Below, one piece after another: positions 41,431-55,600 of a stretch of 64,000 nt of DNA. The position numbers and the translations under genes are program-made. The stretch comes from Rhynchopus sp. YZ270_cl-10 (lineage: Eukaryota). The notes under the pieces were generated by a model. It was not told the DNA's origin. It searched no databases and saw only the letters and a program-made list of their open reading frames with translations. Numbering within the stretch: the stretch's first letter is position 1; each line of letters begins with the position of its first letter. The stretch covers positions 1,922,001-1,986,000 of the forward strand of contig OZ037834.1 in NCBI GenBank assembly GCA_964035575.1. Reading direction: 5' to 3'.

Positions 41431-43609
41431 GTGGGTGAGCACTACCTGCGTTCCCTGCGAAACTGTATATTTTCACTACTTTACTTTACAACTATCATCC
41501 CACCCCCCATCCCATCCCATCCCATCCCTCCCCCCTTTTGCCTCATCGATTCGACATGGGTATTTATACTGTGTTGTCTCGTTTTTCTGTCTGCACATCA
41601 AAGGTATTTGAGACATTTCGTTTTGTCTTGTTTTTGATTCTTTTTTAATAAGTTTGGTTGCTCGTGAAGGTAAATGTATCTCACTATAACCACACCGCTG
41701 TGTGGGATAAGCTCGCCACATTTGGTACGTACCTCCTGCCTCCTTCACCCAGTGCATATTCATTTTATGTTGGCACTTTCTTCATGTGCCATTTCCCCCC
41801 CAATCCACTTGCACTACCTTCAGCACCGAGCTCACATAATGGTACGACCAGAGCCAGACCTTGGGCGTTTCAAGAGCGGGGTACCCGCCACAGAAGACGC
41901 CTTGGTCTTGCTCTGCAAAGGCCTGGCCACCGTTTGGTTCACATTATATTCGTGTACGAGTAATATTTCGTATTGTATTTTGTGATTCAGTCAGTGGGGG
42001 TTTGGTCAGTCAAGAGCAGTGCAAGTCCTGACCACAGCAAATAGACTGTCTTCTTTTTTTGTGATTGGTTTCCCCTTTTCTTTTCCTTTCTTTTCCTTTC
42101 TTTTCGTATGCACGTTTCCACATTTATTTTTACTTTGTGTTTTGCTCTTTTTTTACAGGACCCCCCCACCCCTTTTTTATTTGTACTAACCGCACATTTT
42201 GGTTTCCTTTGCATGCACAAAAGGTTTTACCGTGGGGCTGTCACATTTGTGCCCCACAGATGCATGAGGCTGTAAAGCCGGTGCCGCTATCCTTTAGACA
42301 TGTCGGAAGCAAGTTGTGGTGCGCTTTTTCCTTTTCCCCTTTTCCCCCACTCCCACGTTATACGCTCTGTGAGCATGCTTTCACTTTTTTACAATTGTCG
42401 TTCAGACACACCATCTGGAGGATTTGTAAGGAGGATAGTGTGCTTGACAGAGAACCCTCCCTTGCCACGAAGAGAGCAGATGACCCCGCTACGTGCGGTG
42501 TTGGATAGCAGTCTCCTGTTGTTGCAAGGCACCTCATCACAATTGTTTTTTATTCGATATTAGTGCCTGCGTCTGCCGATCAACGGTGCGGCGTTTGCAC
42601 TTTTAATTTCTCTTTTTATTCCTTACGAACAGGTGAGCCAGAGGCTCATCTCGCCCAACTTTATATTTTTTCACGCACACTACCTTGTGAGTGCAAAGTG
42701 TCACGTCGTTCACTCACCCAACCGTGCTCCACAACACCATTCAACAGGTGTGGGATTAGTGTGTGTAGAAGGTCAGCGCATCACACAACTACAAGAAGGG
42801 GGGGTGAGGGAATGACTAGTGACACTTATCTTTTTAAATTAAAACAAGATAATTATCTTATTCTTTTCGCATTATTTCCCCCGCCCTTCCCTCCATTCTA
42901 CTTCCCACCCCACACTCTTTCTTATCATGCATTTTTATCACACACACCTGCCGTCTTTCACACCTCAGTTCTGCAATTCCCCGGAGGGGGTCTTCACCAA
43001 GAACATGGCACGCTGTGATGTCCACGGCGGGTATGTGTGCAAAAAACAAAAAAAAAAAAAAAAAACAAAATGTTATTTCCTCGACAGAGGTGATTGTGTA
43101 TGTGTGCGTTCATCTCAATGCACCGTTGCAACTGCTTCTGCCCCACATTTATTTCGTTATTTTCCAAGCGTGTTCATCAGGCCTTTTGCACCGCTTCATG
43201 TTTGTTACTTTATTCACATGTAGCTGTTTTGTGTTTATGCGTCCTCTGAAACACCTTGTTGTTTTTAGTTGTTTTTTGCATGTCAGAGAGCGAGAACGAC
43301 GTCCAAAAAAATTGTTTCCCCCCGTCCCTCAGTTTTAGTTTTGCTATACTACACTGCCATACACCTTGGGCAAAGAATAATCCACTAAAGTAGTGCCTGG
43401 ACACCCAATTTATTGGTGTTCCCTTTTTTGGTGTTCAGGATACACTGTATAAACACCCCACAAACTTCCCGTATCTGCCCGCTCTGGACACACCTCACCC
43501 TACCCACGCAACCTCCATTCAGCGTATTACACCTAATAATAACGAGTCTCGACAAGAAAGGCGAGAGCCAAGCAAGAAGGGCAAAGCCAAGAGGCGTGCA
43601 AGACACACA

Positions 43610-46600
43610 ATGGTGGGTCATCGAGGGTTGCTGCCGCTGCCGCTGCTGCTGTTCGCAGTAGGGGTGAGCGCACAGACGGAGACGACAGGTGAGCCGCTGA
43701 CGCTGAATGTGCTCGGGGCGAACCTGGAGGAGCACCTGGACGAGTTCCGTGGGACTGTGGTGAACTCTGTGTTGAGCCTGGGTGAGGAACATTTGAACAA
43801 GCTGGGGGTGGCGGACGCCTTCGAGGAGGCCTTCCGTGATGACTCTGTGATGGGGAACCTGAAGACGAAGATGGAGACCGGGCTCGAGGATATGATGTCG
43901 TTCTTTGAGGGAGGCACTGCGTTTGACGGTATTGAGCTGCTGACGGACCAGTTTGAGCCTGCGTTGGACATGATGACGGGTGTGTGCGACCAGACAACGG
44001 GGACAGCGAGGCGCGAGGCTGCGTACCTTCAGGCGCGCGAGACCTACCTGGAGAAGAAGAAGCAGGGCGGAGGCAACAACAGAACGGCGGGGGCGCTGAA
44101 CGCATTTTCGGCACCGCTGATTGTGGGGTCGCTGAACGCGGCGCTGCCCGCGTGGGAGGTGCAGATGTCAACGAACTGGAAGGCTGGGCTGCAGTTCGGG
44201 GGTGGGGTCGCGCTCGGAGTTGACTTTGGGAACCTGGACCATCACTTTCTGGGGATTGGAGTGGGCCTCGGGTTTTCGATCTCGAAGGGGCAGAAGTCGT
44301 GCACGGTGGATGCGGACTGCAAGTCGAAGGTACGTCAGTCGACGATCTGCGAGGTAGGCAAGTGCACGCGTGTGTGCTCGAGCCCGGCAGACTGCGGGCA
44401 GAGGGAGGCGTGCGACAACCTGCGCTGTGTGGTGGAGTGCGATGCGCACACGGACTGCACAGGGCTGCAAAAGTGTGACATTGCCGGGACTAAGCGCTGC
44501 CTTGCGACAACGGCGTGTGCGTCGGATAGCGAGTGCAACGCTGCGTCTGAGATCTGCCTGGACAACACGCGTTGTGTGCCGCGCCAGTGCACAAGCGACG
44601 CGCAGTGCGTGGCGGGGACGGAGTTCTGTTACAACCACCGTTGCCAGAAAAGCGAGTGCACGGATGCGACGGAGGCGGCAGACTGCAAGGCGGGGGAGAT
44701 CTGTGTGACGCGGCAGTGTGTGCCTGCAGCGGGGCAGCCCTGTGTTGGTGACGGGGACTGCGGGCTGGACGCGTGGTGCAACGGTGGGCTCTGTGCAGAC
44801 AACACACCTCAGCCGACGGCGGCCGGGTGTGTGACGCCCGCAGACTGCCCGGTGGCCGGGGAGACGTGTCTGCCGGGGGGTGTGTGCGGGACGGCGTGCG
44901 CGTCGGACCTGGACTGCGGCCTGGGGGACGTGTGCTCCCCGCTGATATCGGGTGTTCGGCGTTGTGTGCTGGACACGAGCGGCCGCCGGGCACATGTGCT
45001 GAACACCCCGACGGAGGCGAAGAAGGGGTTCTGGTCGAAGGTGGCAGACGAGGTAGACATCTCGATTGACTGGTTCAAGGACGCAGGGAAGTTCAGCGGG
45101 TTTGCGTTTGTGCTCTCGATCTCGAACAAGTACCTGCTGGACAACCTGCACATCAAGGACCTGCACGTGACGCTGGCGCACCCGCACTGGCAGTGCCTGA
45201 CGGAGCCCGGGATCAAGTCGGCGGAGTGGTGGGGCGGGGTTGAGTTTGGCGGGTTCGGTATCACGTTTGACCCGAAGCCAGGTGCTGGGTCGGGTGCGAA
45301 GACTGCTGCGTCGGGTTCTGTGCTCGCGAACCTGAAGGCTGCGCTGACGAACAAGGACAAGTTTGGGGAGATGATGCGGAGTGTGGGGTCTGAGCTTCTG
45401 ACGGCCATACTTTCGTTTGACGGGTTAGGGTTTGCGGAGGGGATCACCCTTGAGGACTCCAACAGCGGCTACAGTCTTGCGTACGACCGCGCGACGTCGT
45501 GTCCGCCCGTTGTCCCGACAAACGCACCGCCGACATCGGCACCGCCCACATCGGTACCGCTCACATCGTCACCTCCAACACCGTCACCCCCAACACCATC
45601 GCCACCCACACCGGCACCACCAACACCTGCCCCCCCAACACCGTCGCCGCCCACACCGGCACCACCGACGCCCGCACCTGTGGCCGGGAGGGGGGCGGAG
45701 GTGCTGGCGGATGCGGATGCAAGGGACGCTGCCGCGCAGAGTGTGACAACAGACCTGATTGCATTCATGAAGCAGGCGACAAACATTGTGACGAAGGGTG
45801 AGATCATCATGCCTTTCTGCGCAGGCAACTGCGGACCCACGAACACATCGATCGACTCGATCATCGGTGTGGGGCGTGTGGGCCCGCCGGCAACGTGCAA
45901 CGGTGTGGAGGCGAGCGTGTCGGTGGACACGCTGACAATTGGGAGCATTGCGCACCTGGCGACGTCGGGGGAGATTGCAGGCGTGAGCGGAGCCTTGAAG
46001 GACATCATGACGCCTGTTCTGGAGATGGGGATCCAGAACACGGAGCTGAGCTTCAGTGTGACGACGACGGGGATCAAGCTGGCTGCGATTGGGTCGGTGC
46101 TGCTGCCGAACACGGACAGCGGGTTTGTGACTGTGCTGAAGGACATGGCAGAGGACATCCGTCTTGGGGCGTCTGCGGGGCTGACGTGGGAGGGGGAGCT
46201 GAAGCTGGAGCTGCGTGTGGGGACGGATGCAGACACGGACGCGACGAAGAACTTCCGTGTGTCGAACGCGCTCGGCACGTTCGGTGCTTCGACGTACCTG
46301 CGGTTCGTGTACCTGATCAACGGGGGGGTGCCGCGGCAGGAGCTTGGGACGACGCTGCCGCTGATCATCTGTGTCGACGACTGCGGGACTGCGACACGCA
46401 AGGACCTGTACTTCGATGGGGACCTGTCGATGATTGTGACGCCTGCGGCGCAGACGGTGCGCGGGAAGCTGACGGCGGCAGGGTGGTACTACGAGGCCTT
46501 CAAGATCCCGTTTGTGCACATTGGGGACATGTTCCTGGGGATGGAGTGGGACATCAAGTCGCCGCTGCCGACGGGGTTCATGCTGGGCGGTGCGGTGTGT

Positions 46601-49600
46601 CTCGGGTCGTCGAACAACTGCCAGAACAAGGTGCAGCCGTACATTGAGGGGCGTGCGTACGTCGGGGTGAGTGCGTCGCTGCCTGAGGACAACTTCTTTG
46701 TGGTGATGGTGACGAACCTGACGATTGGCGGCATTGCGGAGCTTGTGGCGCAGGAGGTGCCGTGGCTTGTGCTGCTTACTGGGGAAGGGTCTGCCGCGGC
46801 GCTGAGTGTGGCCGAGGCGGCGTTCGAGGCAATTGGGGTGGACGTGTCGGAGGTGACGTCGACAATTCAGGGGATCCAGAACGCGCTGCCGCCAGCCTTC
46901 AAGGAGTCTGGGCTGTACCCGTACGACAAGAACTTTGCAACAAACTGCGCTGCGCCTGCTGCAGATGCCGCACAGACGGAGATCAACATGGACTGCTTTG
47001 CGTACCTGTCGTTCAGTCCGCTGAAGACGCAGGAGATTGTGCTCGGGACATCGACGCTGAGCGTGCCAAGGGGGATTGCGTTCGCAGGCCGCCTGAACTT
47101 CATCGGGTGGGAGATGGCGGCAGAGGTGGCGATCAGCACGTCGCAGTTCTACATCAACGCAACGATGGACCCTGTGTTCATCCGGTTTGGGAGTGTCGAC
47201 TTCCTGCGCATCGGGTCGCACCTGGACGGGAACAAGCAGGCGGCGGGCGGGGCAAACTTCCTGGTGGACCTCAACATCCTCCCGCCACGTGCGGAGATCA
47301 ACATCCAGGGTGCGTTTGACATCCCGCTGCTGAAGTCGTACGGGGCGGTTGCGCTCGTGCTTGACTCGCAGAAACTGTCGTTCCACGCGGAGATCAACCT
47401 CTTTGACGGGGCGCTTGCGTCGACTGCAGACGTGTACTTCCCGTGGGACTTCACAGCGTTCCACATGAGCCTGTCGGACATGAACTTCCTGTACGGGATT
47501 GTGAAGGTGAAGCGCGTGCTGTTTGAGTACGACACGGCAGTGCCGCACCCGTACGCGATCTTTGACGCGCACATCGACGTGCTCTTTGCGGTGAGCATTG
47601 CGGCGCAGCTGAAGGTGCAGGGCAACGCGCTCTCCTTCTCCCTGGGGATCACTGTGCTTGGTGTGGGGAACACCATCTCGGGGACGGCAACAATGGACAC
47701 ATCAAACTTCCTGAACTCGGAGTTCTCGGTGAGCGTGCAGTCGGACCTGAACCCGGCGGCGATTGCAGATGCGGTTGTGGGTGCGGCGAAGGAGGTTGGG
47801 AAGGCTGCTGTGGCCGTGTGGGACACTGTGACGGGTGGGGTGACGGAGGCGTGGAACTTTGTGAAGGGTGCGTTCAACCAGGCGCCGCTGAGCAACGTTG
47901 CAAGCAGGATTGGGAACTTCCTGAACGACGCAGGGGCGGCGATTGCAAACATCGGGCAGGCTCTGCTGGACGCAGGACTGAGCGACATCATCTCGCTTGG
48001 GAAGGACTTTGCGAACGGCGACTTCAGCGCGCTGGGTGACGCTGTGTTCGACCTTGCGGGGGTGTTCGGGCTGACGGGCACAGAGGGGCACACGGAGATC
48101 GACGCCGGGGAGGGGGCAAATGAGTACGGGTGCAGGTGGAAGAAGATCCGGTACAGTGAGTGCTTCATCACACCGGAGGTATGCATCCCGGAGGTGTGTG
48201 TCGGAGGCGGGTGCACCGGGGGCCAGTGCACAGGAGGCGGGTGCACGGGCGGTGGCTGCGTGGGGTGCTGCGGGGTGCGTGTCTGTGCGCCGCGCATCTG
48301 CGCACCGCGTGTGTGCGTGCCGCGTGTGTGTGTGCCACGTGTGTGCACGCCGCGGTCGTGTGTGCCTGAGTTCAAGACGTGCACAACCAAGTACGGGAAC
48401 CGGTTTGCGGACAAGGCCTGCATGGAGGAGATTGCGGCTGCCGCGACAGAAGTTGAGGGGAAGCTTGGTGTGATGAAGCGTAAGGAGGACGCGATCGCAG
48501 ACTCGCACACGCAGAACCCAGGGCTTGAGGGACTGGCGGACGGGACCACGGTGCCGGCGCCGTCCGTGCGGAACGTGACCCTGACGATCCCTATTGGAGC
48601 GACAAGCGCGTCGGGGGACATTGAGTCGGACGTGGAGGTGCTCTCAGGCCCGTGTGGGGGTGCAGGTGGGATGCAGCGTTCGACGGTGGGTGGAGTGAAC
48701 TTCAACATGGGGACGCTGGATGAGTACAAGGCGTCGATTGCGGCAGCACAGGGGTCGCTTGCGGCCAGCATTGAGGGGACGCTGCTGTCGAAGCAGTGCG
48801 GGCTGGGGACCACGATTCTGGGTGAGGCCGGGAAGGTTACCTACGCTCCACCGACGCTCACGGACCCGACAGACTTCTCAGTTTCGTGCACGCAGTCGGT
48901 GGACCTGGCGGCGGGGAAGCCGCTGTTTGCGTCTGTGGACGACGCGTGCCACAGCGGGAAGGTAGTGAAGATGGTGACTGCGACTCCAGTGAGCCCGACA
49001 GCGTACCCGAACCGTGTCTGCGGGTCGTCGTACATGCAGGTGACGTGGAAGGGTTACGACGCAGGGATCTGCAACGGGGAGACGGTGGCGAAGTCGCACG
49101 TGATCACAGTGCTGCCGTTTGACCCGAGGTTTGACGCCTTCCCTGCGGATGTGAGTGTGACGACACAGGACAGCATGGCGCCCGAGGCCACGGGGGTGCC
49201 GACCTCGTTCCAGTCGGTGTGCAACCAGGAGGTCGATATCACGTACACGGACGCGCCACCGGTGCTGAAGGCGGGGAAGTGCGGGGAGTGGACTGTGGCG
49301 CGGACGTGGTCGGTGAAGCCGTACTTCGCAAGCTGCACCGGCACACGCCTCCCGGGGCAGACACGTGTGCAGACGATCACTGTGTCGGACGTGACAGCAC
49401 CTGTGTTCACGCGTGAGCCGCCGCCAGTGGTGTACGTGCCGTTCTTCGAGAACTGGGGTGCCGCGAGCTCGATCCCGATGTCTGTTGAGGTGATGGACAC
49501 TGCGATGGAGGCGCTTGGGCTGCACTCTTACCCGACGACGACGACGTCTGTGGACACCGCACTGTCGTACTCGAGCACGGAGCTGGCTGCCGAGGAGCAG

Positions 49601-52600
49601 TGCCGCCTTGATGGGATTGCACGGTACACGCGCACGTGGACGGTTGAGGATGCATGCGGGAACTCGCGCTCGGTGGACCAGGTCGTGATCCTGCAGCACC
49701 CGACGTCGGATCTGACAACGACGGATGTGTGGAACCCTGCGAACGCGCTGTTTGCGCACTCGACGGGTGTGGCGCAGGCGGCAGACGCCTGCAACCCGGG
49801 CAAGGTCGTGACTGGGGGACAAAAGAACTTTATCCCTATCCACCACGGTGACCCCACAACAGACGATGTGTGTGGCACTGGGACATGGGACGAGGCTGGC
49901 TGCCGCAGGCTCTCGGATGTGGCTGTCAACTACGTGACACACGTGCAACCCGTCCCGCCACGGTACGAGACCTTCCCTGACGACATCACGATCAACACAG
50001 ACTCGTCTGTGCAGCCGAATGTGACCGGGTGGCCTGCCGTTGTCGCCTTCTGTGGAACGCCGTACACGCTTGTGCACAGCGACGCTGCGCCGGTGCTGCA
50101 GGAGTGCGGGGTGTGGACGATTGAGCGGACGTGGAAGTTGCAGCCGTACTTCCCCGACTGCGGGGATGAGTTTGCTGTGTACCACGCGTCGCTGACCACG
50201 AGCAAGGTGCAGGTGATCACTGTGCGTGACGAGCGTGCACCGGACTACACCAGCACCCCTGACGCAGCTGTTGAGATCCCGTTCTTTGGGAACTGGCGTG
50301 CCGCAAACTCGATGCCCCTCACGGACGAGGTTGCCCACGAGGAAATGCTGGCACTTGGTCTTGTGTCGTACCCAACAACAACGGTGTCTGTGGATGGGCC
50401 TCTGGTGGCAGCACCCACAGGTGCGGCAGACGAGGCGACGTGCCGCACACGCGGACTTGCGTCATTCACGCGCACGTGGACGGCAACAGACAGGTGTGGA
50501 AACAGCAGAGTGTTTGCGCAGGACATCATGGTGCAACACCCGCCGACAGCACTGACGGCCACACAGCACTGGACGAAGGCACTCGGGGAGTTCTCGTACG
50601 CCCCGGGTGTGGAGCAGCTTGCTGATGACTGTCACGCAGGAAAGTCCATTGTGGGGAACACGCAGCACTTCAACCCGATTGACACCTCGCCAACGAACCC
50701 GAGTGCCTGTGTGGCACCCGAGTGGGACGAGAACGCGTGCAGGCGGGCACCGGTGGAGCACACGCTGTTGCTGCACTCTGTGGCGCCGACGTTTGCGAGC
50801 TTCCCTGCCGACATCACGATTGACACAGACCACTCACTTAACCCCGAGGACGAGCTGGGTGTGCCGGTCGGACACGCCTTCTGTGGGACACCGTTCACGA
50901 TCCGCTTTGACGATGCTGCGCCTGTGATGGGTGAGTGTGGTGTGTGGACGATTGAGCGGACGTGGAAGATCCAGCCACACTACCTTGACTGTGGAGCTGA
51001 CCTTGCTGTGTACCACGCGTCGCTGACGACCCGCCAGGTGCAGGTGATCACTGTGCGTGACGTGCGTGCACCGGACTGGATGTACCGGCCGGAGGAGGTG
51101 CTGATGATCCCGTTCTTCCAGAACAACAAGGCAGAGAGCTCGATTCCGACAACGCGGGAGACAGCGCACCCGGACATACTGGCGCTTGGTCTTGTGTCGT
51201 ACCCGACAACCTTCGGTGCTGTGGACGGGGAGTTGGTGTACTCGAGCACGGATGTGGCGGACGAGGCAACATGCAGGGCGAGTGGGATTGTGCGGATGGC
51301 GCGCACGTGGACGGTGACGGACAGGTGCGGGAACGCGCGTGTGTGGGAGCAGACTGTGGTTGTCGAGCACCCGCCGGCCGAGCTGACGGAGGCTGAGAAG
51401 TGGGTGCGTGACCAGCGCCAGTTCTTCTACGCGCACGCAGTGGAGCAGGTGAGCACATGCGAGGTGGATGCACCGTGCCTGTCAGGGAAGGTGATCAAGG
51501 CAGGGAGCCGCGGGTTCATCCCGACAGACACACTTCCGGTGATGACGGACATGTGCGGTGCGGACCCGTGGCTGGAGAATGGGTGCCGGAAGCTGCTGGA
51601 GACGGTGCACACGATTGAGCACGTGGCGTCTGTGCCGCCGTCGTTCGAGACGTTCCCTGCAGACATCACGATTGACACGGACCATCCGCTTGCTCCCGAG
51701 CTGGGGGTGGGTGTGCCTGTGGTGCACTCGTTCTGTGGGACGCCGTACACAATGCGCCACGACGACGCGGCTCCTGTGGCGCAAGGCTGCGGGAAGTGGA
51801 CGATTGAGCGGACGTGGAAGATCCAGCCGCACTACCTCGACTGTGGGGGCGACGCTGCTGCGTACGAGGAGCGTCTGACGACACGTCGGGTGCAGGTCAT
51901 CACGATTGAGGACGTGCGTGCGCCGGAGTGGACGTACACGCCGGATGCAGACGTGGAAGTGCCGTTCTTCGGGAACTACCAGGCAGTGAACTCTGTGCCG
52001 CTGACGGAGGAGCGTGCCCACGCTGACATGGTGGCGCTGGGGATGGGGCTGGCGCACCCGACAACATTGACATCTGCAGACGGCGCGCTTGTGTTTTCGA
52101 GCACAGAAGCAGCAAACGAGGCGACGTGCCGTGCGGACGGTATTGCACACTTCACACGCACTTGGACTGCAAAGGATGCGTGCGGAAACGCACGGAACTT
52201 TGCACAGAAGGTGACAGTGCAGCACCCACCGGCAGAGCTGAGCAGTGTGCAGCCGTGGGTTGCCGGGAACCGCCTGTTCTCCTTCGCGCCGGGTGTGACG
52301 CAGGCGACTGACGCGTGTCACCCGGGGAAGACTGTGACAGGGGGTGTGAAGAACTACGCGGTGCTCTCGCTCTTCGGGCCTGCTGGTCAGCTGGGGCACG
52401 CATGCGGGGCCGGATCGGACTGGGATGCGGTCGGGTGCCGCCGCCTTGCGGACCTTGCTGTTGACTACGTAACGCACGTCCCCTCCGTTCCGCCGACGTT
52501 TGCGAGCTTCCCTGCCGACATCACGATTGACACAGACCACTCACTTAACCCCGAGGACGAGCTGGGTGTGCCGGTCGGACACGCCTTCTGTGGGACACCG

Positions 52601-55600
52601 TTCACGATCCGCTTTGACGATGCTGCGCCTGTGATGGGTGAGTGTGGTGTGTGGACAATTGAGCGGACGTGGAAGATCCAGCCGCACTACCTTGACTGTG
52701 GAGGTGACCTTGCTGTGTACCATGAGTCGCTGACGACCCGCCAGGTGCAGGTGATCACTGTGCGTGACGAGCGTGCACCGGACTACACCAGCACCCCTGA
52801 CGCAGCTGTTGAGATCCCGTTCTTTGGAAGCTGGCGTGATGCAAACTCGATGCCCCTCACGGACGAGGTTGCCCACGCTGACATGCTGGCACTTGGTCTT
52901 GTGTCGTACCCAACAACAACGGTGTCTGTGGATGGGCCTCTGGTGGCAGCACCCACAGGTGCGGCAGACGAGGCGACGTGCCGCACACGCGGACTTGCGT
53001 CATTCACGCGCACGTGGACGGCAACAGACAGGTGTGGAAACAGCAGAGTGTTTGCGCAGGACATCATGGTGCAACACCCGCCGACAGCACTGACGGCCAC
53101 ACAGCACTGGACGAAGGCACTCGGGGAGTTCTCGTACGCCCCGGGTGTGGAGCAGCTTGCTGATGACTGTCACGCAGGAAAGTCCATTGTGGGGAACACG
53201 CAGCACTTCAACCCGATTGACACCTCGCCAACGAACCCGAGTGCCTGTGTGGCACCCGAGTGGGACGAGAACGCGTGCAGGCGGGCACCGGTGGAGCACA
53301 CGCTGTTGCTGCACTCTGTGGCGCCGACGTTTGCGAGCTTCCCTGCCGACATCACGATTGACACAGACCACTCACTTAACCCCGAGGACGAGCTGGGTGT
53401 GCCGGTCGGACACGCCTTCTGTGGGACACCGTTCACGATCCGCTTTGACGATGCTGCGCCTGTGATGGGTGAGTGTGGTGTGTGGACGATTGAGCGGACG
53501 TGGAAGATCCAGCCACACTACCTTGACTGTGGAGCTGACCTTGCTGTGTACCACGCGTCGCTGACGACCCGCCAGGTGCAGGTGATCACTGTGCGTGACG
53601 TGCGTGCACCGGACTACACCAGCACCCCTGACGCAGCTGTTGAGATCCCGTTCTTTGCGAACTGGCGTGATGCTAACTCGATGCCCCTCACGGACGAGGT
53701 TGCCCACGCTGACATACTGGCGCTTGGTCTTGTGTCGTACCCAACAACAACGGTGTCTGTGGATGGGCCGTTTGTGGAAGCACCCACAGGTGCGGCAGAC
53801 GAGGCGACGTGCCGCACACGCGGACTTGCGTCATTCACGCGCACGTGGACGGCAACAGACAGGTGTGGAAACAGCAGAGTGTTTGAGCAGGACATCATGG
53901 TGCAGCACCCGCCGACAGCGCTGACGGCCACGCAAGAGTGGGCAGAGGCGAAGCGGGAGTTCTCGTACGCCCCGGGTGTGGAGCAGCTTGCGGATGCCTG
54001 CCACGCAGGGAAACACGTGGTGACGGGAACGAAGGCGTTTGCTGCGATCGACTCATCGGCCACTGCGAAGAACGTGTGTGCTGCAAACGTGTGGGATGCT
54101 GACGGGTGCAGGCGCCAGCTTCCAGACGTGGCTGTTGTGACGGACAGGAACCTGCACTCGATTGCACCCGTGTTTGCGTCGTTCCCGGCAGCCGTGGACG
54201 TGACGACGACGAGCACACTGAACCCGTACGACGTTGCGGGTGTACCTGGGCTGGGCTTCCCTGTTGGGGAGGCGTTCTGTGGGACGCCCTTCACGATCCG
54301 TTACGACGACGCGGAGCCGGTGCTGCAGGAGTGCGGTGTGTGGACAATTGAGCGGACGTGGAAGATCCAGCCGCACTACCTTGACTGTGGAGGTGACCTT
54401 GCTGTGTACCACGCGTCGCTGACAACCCGCCAGGTGCAGGTGATCACTGTGCGTGATGTGGACCCACCGACGTTTGTGTCGAAGCCTGCAGACGTCGTGT
54501 CTGTGCCGTTCTACACAGCCTACGGGACGGCGGTGACGGGTGTGCCACAGGTAGAGGACGTGGCGGTGCACGCAGACATGGCCGGGCTCGACCTTGTTTC
54601 GTACAACATCACACTTGAGCACAGCGACGTGCACGTGGTCTTCAACAGCGGGCCAGAAGGCTGCACGGACGGTGTTGCTGTGGTGACACGCAGATGGACT
54701 GCTGCGGACAGGTGTGGGACCACAGCCACTTGGGACCAGACTGTGCGTGTGATGAACCCCAGTGTGAATGGGGACGGAACCCTGGGTGCTGTGAGCGAGT
54801 ACGCTGTGTTTGGCAGCGGGAAGTTGAAGATCAAGGACACCTTGGGAAGCATTGCTGGCAACGTCGGGACGAGCTACAAGGACCTTGATCTGGATCATAC
54901 CACAGTGCTCGGCTCCGCGCAAGAGGACATGGACAGCGTGTCGCACGAAATGATGACGTTCTCCGACATGTTGCGCTCACCTCCTGCGAACTGGAGAGAG
55001 GGTACTAAGTCGGTGCTGTGCACTGGGCATGGACAGGACAGCTGTGTTGTGACTTCCGTGACGGAACCGTCCGTGTCGAAGATCACGTACGACAGTGCCA
55101 ACAGCAACGACATGATTCTTGAGGGTGACGAGCTTGTGTACAACGTGTTCGCAGATGTGGATGTGAATGACTGGCTGTACGACCCATACCCGGTTGGACA
55201 CAACACGAAGGCGAAGCACAGCCACAGCAAGAGCCACAGCCTGGGACACATCGACGCGGACCACGCGGGTCACATCCACGACTCTGAGCTTGTTGTGCGC
55301 GCTGGCGGGTTTGTGATTGTGAACCTGATGTTCGACAGCCCGCACAACGACAACGACGTTGTGCACACGCACAAGGACCACTCGCACTTCACCGCTGTGC
55401 GCAAGGCTGTGTTTGACCAGGCGTACCCTGCCGGAAAGCAGTTCCTGATGTACAACGTGAACAACAACGAGGCGTCGACGTCTGGGAGCAGGATTGTGAG
55501 GGTGCGTGAGGGTGAGCTGGTTGGGTCGCTGCTTGTTGCGGACTACACCCACAAGGTGGACATCCGTGAGATTACGGTGACTGGGCAGGTCATCACGGAC